DNA of 64,000 nucleotides from an uncultured Holophagales bacterium (GCA_963842525.1 CAWJGT010000001.1:96001-160000); one strand, 5' to 3'; numbered from the stretch's first letter, positions 41,184 through 52,163 are shown. Notes: generated from the letters alone by a model not told the origin. Program-made: numbers and translations.

Positions 41184-41289
41184 TATGGCGGCTCGGTCCA
41201 AGGAGGGACAGCCTCACCTCTCCCATTCTTCCTGCCCTGTGATTACCGCCCTGGAGCCAGCCGAGGTACACTCCCCCCCCCCCCCCCGC

Positions 41290-41502
41290 TTATGCAGCCT
41301 CGGATTCGTCAGGCTGCTTGATCAGAGATTCCGCCGGGATGCCGGCCCGGTGCAAGTGTTTGCGCTCGTACGCTTCGACGAGCGTGACCAGCACGTCGAG
41401 CCGCTCCCCCTCGGGTGAGCCGGGCTCGGCTGTCATGAGCGACTCGATCTCGTGGAGGGCCGCCCGATAGTCCTCTTCGGTCTTGATCGGCTTGATGTCC
41501 AT
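41290..41502 (-). pseudogene. higA: HigA antitoxin with internal deletion of the HTH
   Basis: MDIKPIKTEEDYRAAL...RLDVLVTLVEAYERKH joins directly to LHRAGIPAESLIK; the usual central HTH is missing. Confidence 0.75.
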
Positions 41503-41544
41503 TCTTTCCTCCTCAGATCGTCTGCGCATCGATCTGGTCGCCTG

Positions 41545-42963
41545 CTATCCTCCCAGCAGATCCGCGGCCGTGACCAGCTCCAAACCCTCCGATGCTTTGG
41601 TGGAACCCGGCCTGGATGCGACCTCGGGCACGAACAGCGCTCGGACCACCTGAGCGTCCTTCAACCGCGAAGGCAGCGGCGGGGCCGGCTTGGCGGCCAG
41701 CTCGCGGAATGCTGTCTCCAGGGCCTTGCGCTCGAAGGGACGCGTGCTCCATTTCACTTCCCCCAGCAAGACGCTTTCGCCCTCGATGGACTCGCTGACC
41801 ACGTCCCACTCCGGTTGCGTACCGTGCCACCAGCGCGCGGCCGGACCCCAGGGGCCGCGCCTTCCCAGAGGGCTCTCGGCCGGCATCCGGGGCACCTGCT
41901 GGCGGCTGAGTTCTTCCCAGGCCTGGGCGCAGAGGCTGTCCCAGAAGCGAGCGAGGAGCTTGCGGCGCGCCGCAAGGGTACCGCTGGCGAGTTGGGCGCG
42001 GTAGGGGGCGACAACTCGGAACCAGAGGCGAAAGAAGGGGTCGGCAATCTTATAGAGGGCGCGCTTGCTCTTCTCGTTCTCGCCGAACGGCAGCTCGCGG
42101 CGGACCAGGCCGAGGCTGAGCAGGCGGTCCAGGGGCCTTGCCATCGAAGTGGCGGGACGACCCAGGCGGCCTGCGATCTCCGAGACCCGATGCGCGCCGG
42201 CTCCGATGGCATCGAGCAGGGGACGGGTCTCGAGGGCGGAGGGGATATCTTCCAGGAGCAGCCGGTCGGGCTCGCGATGGAGGGGACCCAGGGGATACAA
42301 GACGAGGTGGTCCACCTGGCTCGGCAGATCGCCGCCGGTTTCCTGGGCCAACTCCCAATAGCGCGGAATTCCGCCCCAGGCCGTGTACAGCTCGACCAGG
42401 CGCACGCTATCCGGAACGTCGAAAACCTCCCGGAGATAGGTGGGCGACAGAGGCTGGATTTCCAGGATCTCGCGGGCACGGCCGAACAGCGGCGCGTCCC
42501 CGGAGAGGACGAAACCCTGCATCATGCGCTGGCTCGAGCCGGCGATCGCCACCTTGAGCCGGGCCGAGCGCGCCTCGTGATCGATCCAGCGCTGGAGCAC
42601 GCTCGGCAGCTCCGGCGAGGCCAGGACGAGATAGGGAAGCTCGTCGAAGATCAATGGCCCGCGCCAGCCAGCGAGCTCCGCCTCGCGAGCCACGCGGGAC
42701 AGCAGCGACCGCCAATCGCGGTATTCGACGTCGGCGAATCCGGACAGGACCGCGCCGAGGGCCTCCGCAAAGTAGCGCCGCTGGATTTCGGCCATGGACT
42801 GGTCCGCGACGGTATAGAGGCCGCCGTGCTTCTTCGACCATTCGAGCAGCAGCCGCGTCTTTCCCACCCGGCGGCGACCGTAGATGACGACCAATCCGCC
42901 CTCGTCCGCTGCTGCGAACCGATCCAACCGGGCAAGCTCGTTCTGGCGGTTGACGAACTTCAT
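41545..42963 (-). CDS. archaeal-type ATPase with winged helix and C-terminal PD-(D/E)XK (DUF234-like) domain
   Basis: MKFVNRQNEL, YGRRRVGKT, IFDELPY, IAGSS, GGIPRY, IADPFFRLWF and EWDVV...LGEVKW. Confidence 0.88.
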   Translation of the reverse strand: MKFVNRQNELARLDRFAAADEGGLVVIYGRRRVGKTRLLLEWSKKHGGLYTVADQSMAEIQRRYFAEALGAVLSGFADVEYRDWRSLLSRVAREAELAGWRGPLIFDELPYLVLASPELPSVLQRWIDHEARSARLKVAIAGSSQRMMQGFVLSGDAPLFGRAREILEIQPLSPTYLREVFDVPDSVRLVELYTAWGGIPRYWELAQETGGDLPSQVDHLVLYPLGPLHREPDRLLLEDIPSALETRPLLDAIGAGAHRVSEIAGRLGRPATSMARPLDRLLSLGLVRRELPFGENEKSKRALYKIADPFFRLWFRVVAPYRAQLASGTLAARRKLLARFWDSLCAQAWEELSRQQVPRMPAESPLGRRGPWGPAARWWHGTQPEWDVVSESIEGESVLLGEVKWSTRPFERKALETAFRELAAKPAPPLPSRLKDAQVVRALFVPEVASRPGSTKASEGLELVTAADLLGG

Positions 42964-42996
42964 TATGCAGGACAGCATAATGCTGCGCTGCATAAT
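42962..42996. promoter_or_regulatory. nested palindrome over the ATPase start (putative operator)
   Basis: ATTATGCAG-ga-CAGCAT-a-ATGCTG-cg-CTGCATAAT. Confidence 0.6.
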
Positions 42997-43075
42997 CTTC
43001 AAGCGAGGACACACCTACCCACGCCCGTTCGTATAGTCTTCCGTTCGCAGCACTTCCGCTGGAGCGCAATCCAGA

Positions 43076-44604
43076 TTGAGCGAGCGCGTTCTCTTCGTCG
43101 TCCTGATCCTGGTCTGTCTCGTCCCTTCTGGGCCGTCGACTACCTGCCCACGGTGGACGGGCCGTGCCACACCTACAACGCCTGGTGATCCTGCAGCACG
43201 ACAACCGGGCGGAGTATCCGCTGTTCGCGAGGCACTATCGGATCGACTGGCGGCCGATTCCCAACTGGTTTCGCCAGGCGGTGCTGGCGCTGCTGATGTG
43301 CCGTGTTCAGCCGCGGATGGCCGAGAAGATCCTGGTGAGCGGCTATGTCTTCCTGCTGCCGGTCGCGGCGCGGTATCCCGCCGGGGCCGTGGACCCGGAC
43401 CGGAGGTGGCTCGGTTTCCTGGTCTTTCCCGCTGATCTACAACCAGCTCTTCCAGCTCGGCTTCTACAACTTCTCCTACAGCCTCGCCTTCTGGCTGTTC
43501 GCGGTGGGCTACTGGTGGCGGCGGCGCGACAGCCCGGCCTGGGGTTCGCGGTCAGGATCAACCTGCTCCTGCTGCTCTGCTGGTTCTGCCACATCGTGTC
43601 GCTGGCGGTGGCCCTGTTCTCGATCGGCGTGCTCTGGCTGGCCACTCTGCGACAGGCGGAGAGCTGGCGGCGGCATCTGGTCCATATACCGATCCTGTTG
43701 CCTCAGATCATCCTGCCGCTCTGGTTCGTGGGCGATCAGCAGCACGGGCCTATCCCGTCAACGCTGAGCCTTGGGCAGATGGCGGGCTATCTTTTCCGCT
43801 TCGAGGTGCTTTTCTATTTCGGCGAGGTCCAGCTCTGGATCGGACGGGCTCTGGCGCTCGTCGTCTTGCTTCTGCTGGTCCTGACCGTCATAGACCGGGT
43901 GCGGAGGAGAGAGGGCCTTCCGAGCAGAGGACGGCTTCCTCCTTCTGAGCCTGTTGCTCGCCGTCCTCTTCTTCGTCAGCCCTCAGGGGATGTCCGGCGG
44001 CGGGCTGCTGAATCAGCGGCTCAGCCTCTATCCCTGGCTGGCCCTGATCCCGTGGCTCGCACCGCGGCTCGGGCGGATTGGGCGGACCGTCGCGGTGGGC
44101 CTCCTCGCGGTCCTGGCCGTGGGGAGCGTGATCTACATTTATAGATGGTATCGGGCTCTCGATCCCCAACTCCGGACCTATCTCGCGGCGACCGAGCACA
44201 TCCGGCCGGACAGCCGGGTGTTGCCTCTCCTCTTCGACCGCGGGCCGTACGGGCTTTACGCGCATCTGATCGGCTATGCCGCCGCCGAGAAGGGGCTCAT
44301 CGACTGGAACAACTACCAGGCGGCGACCACCTACTTTCCGACCCGGTTCCACGGCAAGCGGGGCCGCCTCCACCGCTACACGTGGATCGAGGCCGACCCC
44401 AACACGATCGACGTCCGCACGCTCATCCCGCGGGTGGACTATGTCTATGCCTGGGGGATGCGGCCGGATTCGCTGACGGCCCGCCGCCTCCGCCGGCACT
44501 ACCGCCTCGTCTACCAGGACGGGCCGGCGCGCCTCTATGTGCCGATCCGCCGGAATTCGCCGCGGCCCGGCGCGCGTTTCGAGATCTCCAGAGGCGCTTC
44601 ATAG
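43076..44604 (+). CDS. polytopic membrane protein, GT-C-like (several frameshifts)
   Basis: YLPTVDGPCHTYNAW, PIPNW, GFYNFSYSL, WFCH and many TM segments spread over three frames. Confidence 0.6.
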
Positions 44605-44633
44605 CGCGGTTGTGAGATATTGGTCTGCTGGTC

Positions 44634-45443
44634 ATGTACAACGAGTTCTATGGGTTTCGCGAGTCGCCGTTCAACATCACGCCCGACCCGCGTTTCCTCT
44701 TCTTCAGCCACCGCCATCGCGAGGCGTTCAACCACATCCTGTTCGGCATCCGGGAGCGCAAGGGCTTCATCCAGGTGACCGGCGAGGTCGGGGCGGGCAA
44801 GACCACGGTCTGCCGGGCGATCCTGGAGGAGCTGGGGCCGCAGGTGCGGACCGCCCTGATCCTCAATCCCTGCCTGACCAGCATGCAGCTCCTGCGCACT
44901 CTGCTGACCGAGCTCGGGCTGGAGCCCCAGCGGGACAAGGTGGCCTCCTTGCATCACCTCAACGAGTTCCTGCTCCAGCAGCTCGCCGAGGGGCAGGACG
45001 TGGTCCTTTTCATCGACGAGGCGCAGGACCTGGAGCCGGAGCTGCTGGAGGAGGTGCGGCTGCTGTCGAACCTGGAGACCGACCAGCGGAAGCTCCTGCA
45101 GATCGTCCTCATCGGTCAGCCTGAGCTGCGCGAGAAGCTGGAGGCGCGGCGCCTGCGCCAGCTCCGCCAGCGGATCACGGTGCGCTATCACCTGAGCCCG
45201 CTGTCGCGCATCGAGACCGCGCTCTACATCCAGCACCGGCTGCAGGTGGCGGGGGCGAACGGGGTGCCGTCCTTCAACCGCTGGGCGATCCGGCGGATCC
45301 ACGGCTATTCGCAGGGCATCCCGCGCCTGATCAACGCGGTCTGCGACAAGACGCTGCTGTGCGGCTACGTGACCGGCTCCGATCTCCTCACCTGGCGCCA
45401 TGTGGGCCGGGCGGTGCGCGAGCTGGAGGGAGACACCGGATGA
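44634..45443 (+). CDS. ExeA/GspA-family AAA ATPase
   Basis: MYNEFYGFRESPFNITPDPRF, TGEVGAGKTT, IDEAQ, LIGQPEL and GIPRLIN. Confidence 0.92.
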   Translation: MYNEFYGFRESPFNITPDPRFLFFSHRHREAFNHILFGIRERKGFIQVTGEVGAGKTTVCRAILEELGPQVRTALILNPCLTSMQLLRTLLTELGLEPQRDKVASLHHLNEFLLQQLAEGQDVVLFIDEAQDLEPELLEEVRLLSNLETDQRKLLQIVLIGQPELREKLEARRLRQLRQRITVRYHLSPLSRIETALYIQHRLQVAGANGVPSFNRWAIRRIHGYSQGIPRLINAVCDKTLLCGYVTGSDLLTWRHVGRAVRELEGDTG

Positions 45444-46174
45444 GCCTGATCGACGAGGCCCTGAAGCGGGCTCGCCAGGAGGCCGCGCGCCAGGACTCGG
45501 CGCAGGCCGAGGGACGGTATGCGCGCGTGCCCGTCTATGAGCCGCCGTCGCGGAATCCCCGCGCCTGGCTGCTCCCGGTCGTGGTGGCCGGCTGCCTGGC
45601 CGTGGGGATCGGCGTCGGCCTGATTGCCTCGCGCGGTGGCTCCGCGCCGTCGGCTCCGCCGCCCGCCGTGGCGGAGAACCCGGCTCCTGTGGCCTCCCAG
45701 AGCGTCGATCCGCCGCAGCCGCCCGCCACGGCTCAGCCGGAGACGGAGCCGAGGCCCGTTCCCGCACCGGCCGACCTGCCGCGGATCGTCGAAGAGGCAC
45801 CCGTCCCCGTGGCCCCGCCTCCAGTACGTCCGTCGGCTCCGCCGGTCCAGCAGGAGGCGCCCCGTCCGGTCGCCCCAACCCCTGCGGCTCCGACCCTCCC
45901 GAGCACCACTCCGGTACCTCCGTCCGCCGGGCCGGAGATCGCCTTGCCGGCCACCCCGCCGGCCTCGACCTATGTGCGCGAGGTGCCCCTGCCCGAAGGC
46001 GGGACCCTGCGCCTGAACGGCATCGCCTTCTCCGGCCAGCCGGTCGCCCTCTTCGGCGACAAGGTCGTCAGTCCGGGCGAGAGCGTCAACGGCTTCACTG
46101 TGGTCGAGATCGAGGCGAAGCGGGTCAAGCTCCAGGGGCAGAACGGGGCGACGGTGTACGTCACGCTGCGGTGA
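45440..46174 (+). CDS. ExeB/GspB-like protein
   Basis: MSLIDEALKRA N-terminus, single TM, Pro-rich linker and LRLNGIAFS C-terminal domain; coupled to exeA. Confidence 0.75.
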   Translation: MSLIDEALKRARQEAARQDSAQAEGRYARVPVYEPPSRNPRAWLLPVVVAGCLAVGIGVGLIASRGGSAPSAPPPAVAENPAPVASQSVDPPQPPATAQPETEPRPVPAPADLPRIVEEAPVPVAPPPVRPSAPPVQQEAPRPVAPTPAAPTLPSTTPVPPSAGPEIALPATPPASTYVREVPLPEGGTLRLNGIAFSGQPVALFGDKVVSPGESVNGFTVVEIEAKRVKLQGQNGATVYVTLR

Positions 46175-46262
46175 GCATCTCTGGTGGCTGCCATTCAGGC
46201 AGTCCCCCTTGACAAAGTTAAAGAATAGATGGAAGTATAGCCGTAACGAAAGGAGGCTGTAT

Positions 46263-46532
46263 ATGAGTAAGCTTGTGAGATTGCTGTGTCTCTTGTTCAT
46301 CTGCTCGGTTGTGCTCGGCACCTCCGCCACGGGGTTTGCCGGCGACACAGGACGTCCTTTCACATTTGGCGGGAACGGTGGCGAGAATGGTCAGTCGGGC
46401 CTCGATGCGGCCGGGTGTTCCGGCTATTGCTACCCTGGCGCTTCAGATTGTTTCAGCAGTTGCTATTGTGAGGGTAGCCTTTCGTGTTGCGTTGGTGGTT
46501 GCGATTGGTGCTGTAGCCAAATCGAAATGTGA
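46263..46532 (+). CDS. secreted cysteine-rich peptide (89 aa, 10 Cys in the C-terminal 38 aa)
   Basis: AGGAGG RBS at 46251; signal peptide; GCSGYCYPGASDCFSSCYCEGSLSCCVGGCDWCC. Confidence 0.78.
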   Translation: MSKLVRLLCLLFICSVVLGTSATGFAGDTGRPFTFGGNGGENGQSGLDAAGCSGYCYPGASDCFSSCYCEGSLSCCVGGCDWCCSQIEM

Positions 46533-46885
46533 CGACAGGTCTTGTAAGGCCGAACAGCCGATGACCCGCAGGTTCGATCCAGACTGCCTACTTTGACGCC
46601 TGGAGCACTGTCCAGGGAGAATGGCCTTGCAGGGTTCTCCCTGGACTTCCTTGGCCTTTGCCCGTTGTGCCGGGGCATTTCTCCCGCTGATCAGAGCAGC
46701 CCGCCGCCGAGGCTCTCACCAGTCGAAAAGAGCCAACCTGGGCGAAGCCAAAGGCTGGCACCACAAAACTCGCTAAGATTCAGGGCACGCCGAGCTTCAC
46801 CCGATCAGGCGGAGTCGTTGGATGATTTGACGGACTCTCTCCAGATCTGTCATAGCATCATTGCATCGCTGAGGAGGCTGACTGC

Positions 46886-48958
46886 ATGTCCAGAGCTGTC
46901 GCTGCGTTCACTGTCGTCCTCACCCTGCTCGCGCTTCCCGGGTTGGAAGCCGAGGCCGAGCCCCGGCTCCTGCGGACCGAGGACGTCTTTGCCCTGAAGA
47001 CCGTGCAGGCCCCCCAGATCAGCCCGGAGGGGACGTGGGTGGCTTATACCGTCCGATCCATGGATCCAAAAGAGGACACGCGGGATACGGACGTCTGGAT
47101 GGTCCCCTTCGCCGGCGGCGACGCCATCCGCCTGACGGCGAGCGAGAAGTCCGAGACGCAGCCGCGGTTCAGCCCGGACGGCCGCTGGCTCGCCTTCCTC
47201 TCGGCGCGCGACGGCGGCAAGACGCAGGTCTGGCTGCTCGACCGGCGGGGCGGCGAGGCCGTCAAGCTGACCGACTACAAGGCGGATGTCTCCGAGATCG
47301 CCTGGTCGCCCGACAGCTCGCGCCTCGCCCTGATCGTCTCCGATGTGGACCCGGACGACCCTGACGCCGAGGAGGAGGAAGACAAGGACGGAGCGGCGGA
47401 GGAGAAGAAGCCCAAGACGCCGAAGCCGATCGTCATCCGCCGCCTCCAGTTCAAGCGCGACGGCGAGGGCTATCTGCGGGAGATCCGCAACCATCTCCAT
47501 GTCTTCGACGTGAAGACGAAGAAGGGGCTCCAGGTCACCGCGGGTCCCTATGACGACCGCGAGCCGGCCTGGTCCCCGGACGGCCGCTCGATTGCCTTCA
47601 CCAGCAACCGCACACCGGACCCGGACGCCAACGACAACAGCGATGTGTTCGTGGTGGCTCCCGAGGCGGGCCAGACGCCGCGTGCCCTGACGAACTCGCC
47701 GGGGGCGGATTCCTCCCCCGCGTTCAGCCCGGACGGGAAATGGATCGCCTATCTGGCCGGCGGCGCGCCCGAGGACGTCTGGTACGACACCAACGCCATC
47801 GGCCTCGTTCCGGTCAATCCGGCCGGCGGTGGCCCGGCCCGGCTGCTGACCAAGGAGATCGACCGCAACGTCGATGCGCCGCAGTTCTCTCCGGACGGCC
47901 GGTCCATCGTCTTCCTCCTCGAAGACGGCGGCAACGTCCACCTGGCGCGGGTGCCGGCGGCGGGCGGCGCGGTGGAGCGGATCGTGACCGGCGAGCGCGA
48001 GATCGAGGACTTCGATGCCGGCCCGAAGGGGGAGCTGGCGGTGCTGGAGAGCCAGACCACCTACCCCTCCGAGGTCTCGGCGGTCGACGGCGGTGATCTG
48101 CGCGGTCTGCGGCGCCTGACGCGGGTGAACGACGATTTCCTGGGCGGCATCCGCCTGGCAAAGGTCGAGCGCCTGCGCGTGAAGAATCCGGACGGCCAGG
48201 CGATCGACGCCTTTCTGACCCGGCCGCCCGATGCGCCAGCCGGCCAGCGGCTGCCGACGTTGCTGCGCATCCACGGCGGGCCGGTCGCCCAGTTCTCGAC
48301 CGGGTTCCAGCTCGAATGGCAGGTCCTCGCCGCTTACGGCTACGCGGTGGTGGCGGCCAACCCGCGCGGCTCGTCCGGCTACGGGCGCGCCTTCAGCCGG
48401 GCGATCTTCGCGGACTGGGGCAACAAGGACTATGACGACGTGCTGGCCGCGGTCGATCACGCCATCACCCTGGGGGTTGCCGACCCCGAGCGCCTGGGGG
48501 TGGGCGGCTGGAGCTACGGCGGCATCCTGACCAACTACGTGGTCACCAAGACGGGCCGCTTCAAGGCCGCCATCTCGGGCGCCAGCGAGACGAACTATCT
48601 GTCCAACTACGGCACCGACCACTACCAGAAGGAGTGGGAGGCCGAGATCGGTCTTCCCTGGAAAAACACGGACCTCTGGGTCCGCCTCTCGCCGTTCTTC
48701 TCTGTGGAGAAGATCACGACTCCGACGCTGCTGCTCTGCGCCGGGGCGGACGTCAACGTCCCATGCCTCAACTCCGAGCAGCTCTTCCAGGCCTTGCGCC
48801 GCCTCGGCCGCGAGACCGAGCTGGTCATCTACCCGGACCAGAGCCACTCGCTCACCAAGCCCAGCTATATCAAGGACCGGTTCGACCGCTCGCTCGCCTG
48901 GTACGACCAGCACCTGAAGCCGCAGGCTTCCTCCACCGCGGGAGGAACGAAGCGTTGA
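46886..48958 (+). CDS. S9 family (prolyl oligopeptidase/acylaminoacyl) peptidase, secreted
   Basis: PD40 repeats (FSPDG/WSPD), IHGGP, NPRGSSGYG, GWSYGG, D(VNVP) and H(SL) triad. Confidence 0.93.
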   Translation: MSRAVAAFTVVLTLLALPGLEAEAEPRLLRTEDVFALKTVQAPQISPEGTWVAYTVRSMDPKEDTRDTDVWMVPFAGGDAIRLTASEKSETQPRFSPDGRWLAFLSARDGGKTQVWLLDRRGGEAVKLTDYKADVSEIAWSPDSSRLALIVSDVDPDDPDAEEEEDKDGAAEEKKPKTPKPIVIRRLQFKRDGEGYLREIRNHLHVFDVKTKKGLQVTAGPYDDREPAWSPDGRSIAFTSNRTPDPDANDNSDVFVVAPEAGQTPRALTNSPGADSSPAFSPDGKWIAYLAGGAPEDVWYDTNAIGLVPVNPAGGGPARLLTKEIDRNVDAPQFSPDGRSIVFLLEDGGNVHLARVPAAGGAVERIVTGEREIEDFDAGPKGELAVLESQTTYPSEVSAVDGGDLRGLRRLTRVNDDFLGGIRLAKVERLRVKNPDGQAIDAFLTRPPDAPAGQRLPTLLRIHGGPVAQFSTGFQLEWQVLAAYGYAVVAANPRGSSGYGRAFSRAIFADWGNKDYDDVLAAVDHAITLGVADPERLGVGGWSYGGILTNYVVTKTGRFKAAISGASETNYLSNYGTDHYQKEWEAEIGLPWKNTDLWVRLSPFFSVEKITTPTLLLCAGADVNVPCLNSEQLFQALRRLGRETELVIYPDQSHSLTKPSYIKDRFDRSLAWYDQHLKPQASSTAGGTKR

Positions 48959-49605
48959 GCGCGGGTGCGCCGTCCTTCCCCGTCGTCTCGGAACTGCCGG
49001 GCTGGGACCTGTTCTGGGTCCGTCTGGAGGTCCTTCCCGGCGCCGAGGAGGCCATGACGGTGCTGCGGCGGGAGGTGTCGGATGGGGCCCGCGCCTCGCT
49101 GGCCGGGGCCGATCCGACCGCGCATCCCACGATGGCCGCGATCCGCCGGCTCTTCCGGGCCGCGGGCTGCGACCCCACCCGCTACCGGCCATCCTCCGAG
49201 GGTCTGCTCCGGCGCGTGCTCAAGGGTGAGGACCTGCCGCCGATCCACCCGCTGGTGGACCTCAACAACTGCCTTTCCCTCGACCTCCTTGTGCCGTGCA
49301 GCATGATGTCCGAAGGGACCTTCAAGCCCCCAGTGACGGTGCGGGCGGGCCGGCCCGGCGAGAGCTATGAATCCCACCGGGGCCCGTTCCACCTGGAAGG
49401 CAAGCCCCTCCTCGCCGACGCCGAGGGGCCCTGCGCCGCGGCGGTCACCGACAGTCAACGGGTCAAGGTGCGCGACGAGACCCGGGCCGCCTGGCTCGCC
49501 GCCTGGCTGCCGGCCGGCGTGGTGGCCCCGGAGACGGCGGAGAGGAAGCTGGCGGAGCTGCTGGATAAGGCGCCGGTGGCTCGGGCGGGAACGTGCTATC
49601 CTTGA
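48955..49605 (+). CDS. B3/B4 domain (PheRS beta-like) protein
   Basis: DPTRYRPSSEGLLRR, IHPLVDLNNCLS and LADAEGP. Confidence 0.85.
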   Translation: MSAGAPSFPVVSELPGWDLFWVRLEVLPGAEEAMTVLRREVSDGARASLAGADPTAHPTMAAIRRLFRAAGCDPTRYRPSSEGLLRRVLKGEDLPPIHPLVDLNNCLSLDLLVPCSMMSEGTFKPPVTVRAGRPGESYESHRGPFHLEGKPLLADAEGPCAAAVTDSQRVKVRDETRAAWLAAWLPAGVVAPETAERKLAELLDKAPVARAGTCYP

Positions 49606-49608
49606 CCC

Positions 49609-49818
49609 ATGAGCGTGATTGAAACCGACGAGGACGTGATCGTCCACAAGCCTGCTGCGGGAGAGTTCTGGATCGTCCGGCGCGGAAAGCTTCCGGCCTT
49701 CGCCGCCTCCGGCCTCGCGGAGGCACGTTCAACGCACAAGTTTCGGACTAAAGCCGCTAAGACGACTTCCAAGGTCAAGCTCCTTCGACGCTCCAGGACG
49801 AAAACGGCTGCCAAATAG
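49609..49818 (+). CDS. small basic hypothetical protein
   Basis: 69-aa ORF 3 nt after the B3/4 gene; Lys/Arg-rich tail; no recognisable domain. Confidence 0.35.
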   Translation: MSVIETDEDVIVHKPAAGEFWIVRRGKLPAFAASGLAEARSTHKFRTKAAKTTSKVKLLRRSRTKTAAK

Positions 49819-49837
49819 GACTGGCCTGTAGTCCGGC

Positions 49838-51258
49838 TCAGAGAAATTCTCCCAGAGACTTCTCCCACAGTCGGGCCAGCCGGTCCATCGACTCATACCA
49901 GGGTTTCGCGACCTTCTTGTTCAGGATCGCGGAGGCCGAGGTCAGGGCCCCGGCCACCAACGGCAATTTTCGATCCCCGGTAATCCATAAAGGCTCCGCC
50001 GCGACAGCTTTCCAGCGGTCATCGGAAGCACCCTGCCCGCGTCCGCTGTCCACTTCCCAGAGCTCGAAATTCCCCGAGCTGAGCGCCCTTGTGACCGTCC
50101 ACCCGGCGTCATAACGATACGGGATTTTGCGCAATGCTTCCGGAGACCGGTGGAGGCGATCGTTCGCAGCAAAGTAGAGCAGATGTCCCTCCCCATCAGC
50201 CAACCAGAGCCCAAGCGTCCCGTCGGGTCCCAACAGGGGCTGGAGCTCTTGCCGGAACTGCCGGTCGAGCCACGGGCGATCACCTCCTGGCGCCGCCGGA
50301 AGTTTTTGGTGGCCTGGCGCCAGAGGCCTCGCAACCAATGGGCAGGCGGCTTATAGACGCCACCCCGGGAGCTGATCAACTCGTAGACAAAGGCTGTCAC
50401 ATCCACGAAATCCTCGACGAAGACGACTTCGACATTGGATTTGCTCCACTGGTCCGAGAGCCGTTGCGCGAAGCGAGGGAACAGATCCTGTGAAACTCCC
50501 AAACCCTGCCGTGGCAGCACCTGGACATGAGGTCCGAGGCGGCGGTCCTTGAGCCGGTTGAGATAGCGGACGAGATTGGGATCCGTCAACGTGGTCCCGA
50601 GAAACAACAGCGGACCGCGTGATGCGGCCTTGGGAAGGTCCTCTCCGGGCCAGTCGTGCTCCGGCCGGTAGAGGCGATCGTAGTCCGACTGCGTCAGCAC
50701 GATGTCCTGACTCTCGAGGTACCTGCCGTCCTTGCGCTTCCTTCCCAACAACCCGTGGAGATGATGGACGGTGAAAGAGTCCAGACCGGAGGGATCCAAG
50801 AAATCGAAGCGGCTGAAGCACTTGAGCCCGCTGAGCTCGAAGGCGCGCTCGAGAAGATCGTCGTAATTGGTCGTGAAGAGCTGAATGCCGGTAGGCCCTC
50901 TCGCCTGCGCGAGCGCGCCGACGGCAAAGTGCAGGTGCGACGGCTCGAAGTCGTTTCTGGACTCCCCTCCGAAGAGGGCCTCGGCGATCTTCTGCTTGCG
51001 TGTCGCCGAGCTGACGCCGGGCCCGAAGGCAGCCTCCGCGCCGAGGAGGAATCCCTGCGCCTGGAGCAGAGCCTCGGCGATCTCTTCGCTTCCTTTTCGC
51101 CGCTTGGGCCGGGCCAGCAGGTTCTTGACCAGGTGCGACCAGTCCGGAAGACCTGCCGCGACCGACGCCCCGGCTCCCAGCACGATCGACAAGTGAGACG
51201 CTCGCGAGAGACGCCTCAGCGTCTGAATGGCCTGGGTGGAGAACGAATCGACGCCCAT
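49838..51258 (-). CDS. SIR2-like (SIR2_2) domain protein with C-terminal extension (frameshift near 50280)
   Basis: IVLGAGASVAAGLPDW, FTTNYDDLLE, HHLHG and LFLGTTLTDPNL. Confidence 0.85.
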
Positions 51259-51288
51259 CGGTTTCGTGGAACGGAATCAATGCCTATT

Positions 51289-52083
<795 letters not shown>

Positions 52084-52163
52084 GGCCGGGACGATATACC
52101 GAATTCCGGTGGCGAGCCTTGTATACTCCCGCTACTTGTAGCCGTGATATGCCGGAGGTGTTG

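Noticed and set aside
44634-46174. Complete type II secretion system, or a Tn7-like TnsC
   Set aside because: Only an exeA/exeB-like pair is present; no secretin, pilin or transposase genes are adjacent
46209-46241. Canonical sigma70 promoter for the Cys-rich peptide
   Set aside because: TTGACA is present but the best -10 (TATAGC) is 21 nt away, so it was not called as a feature
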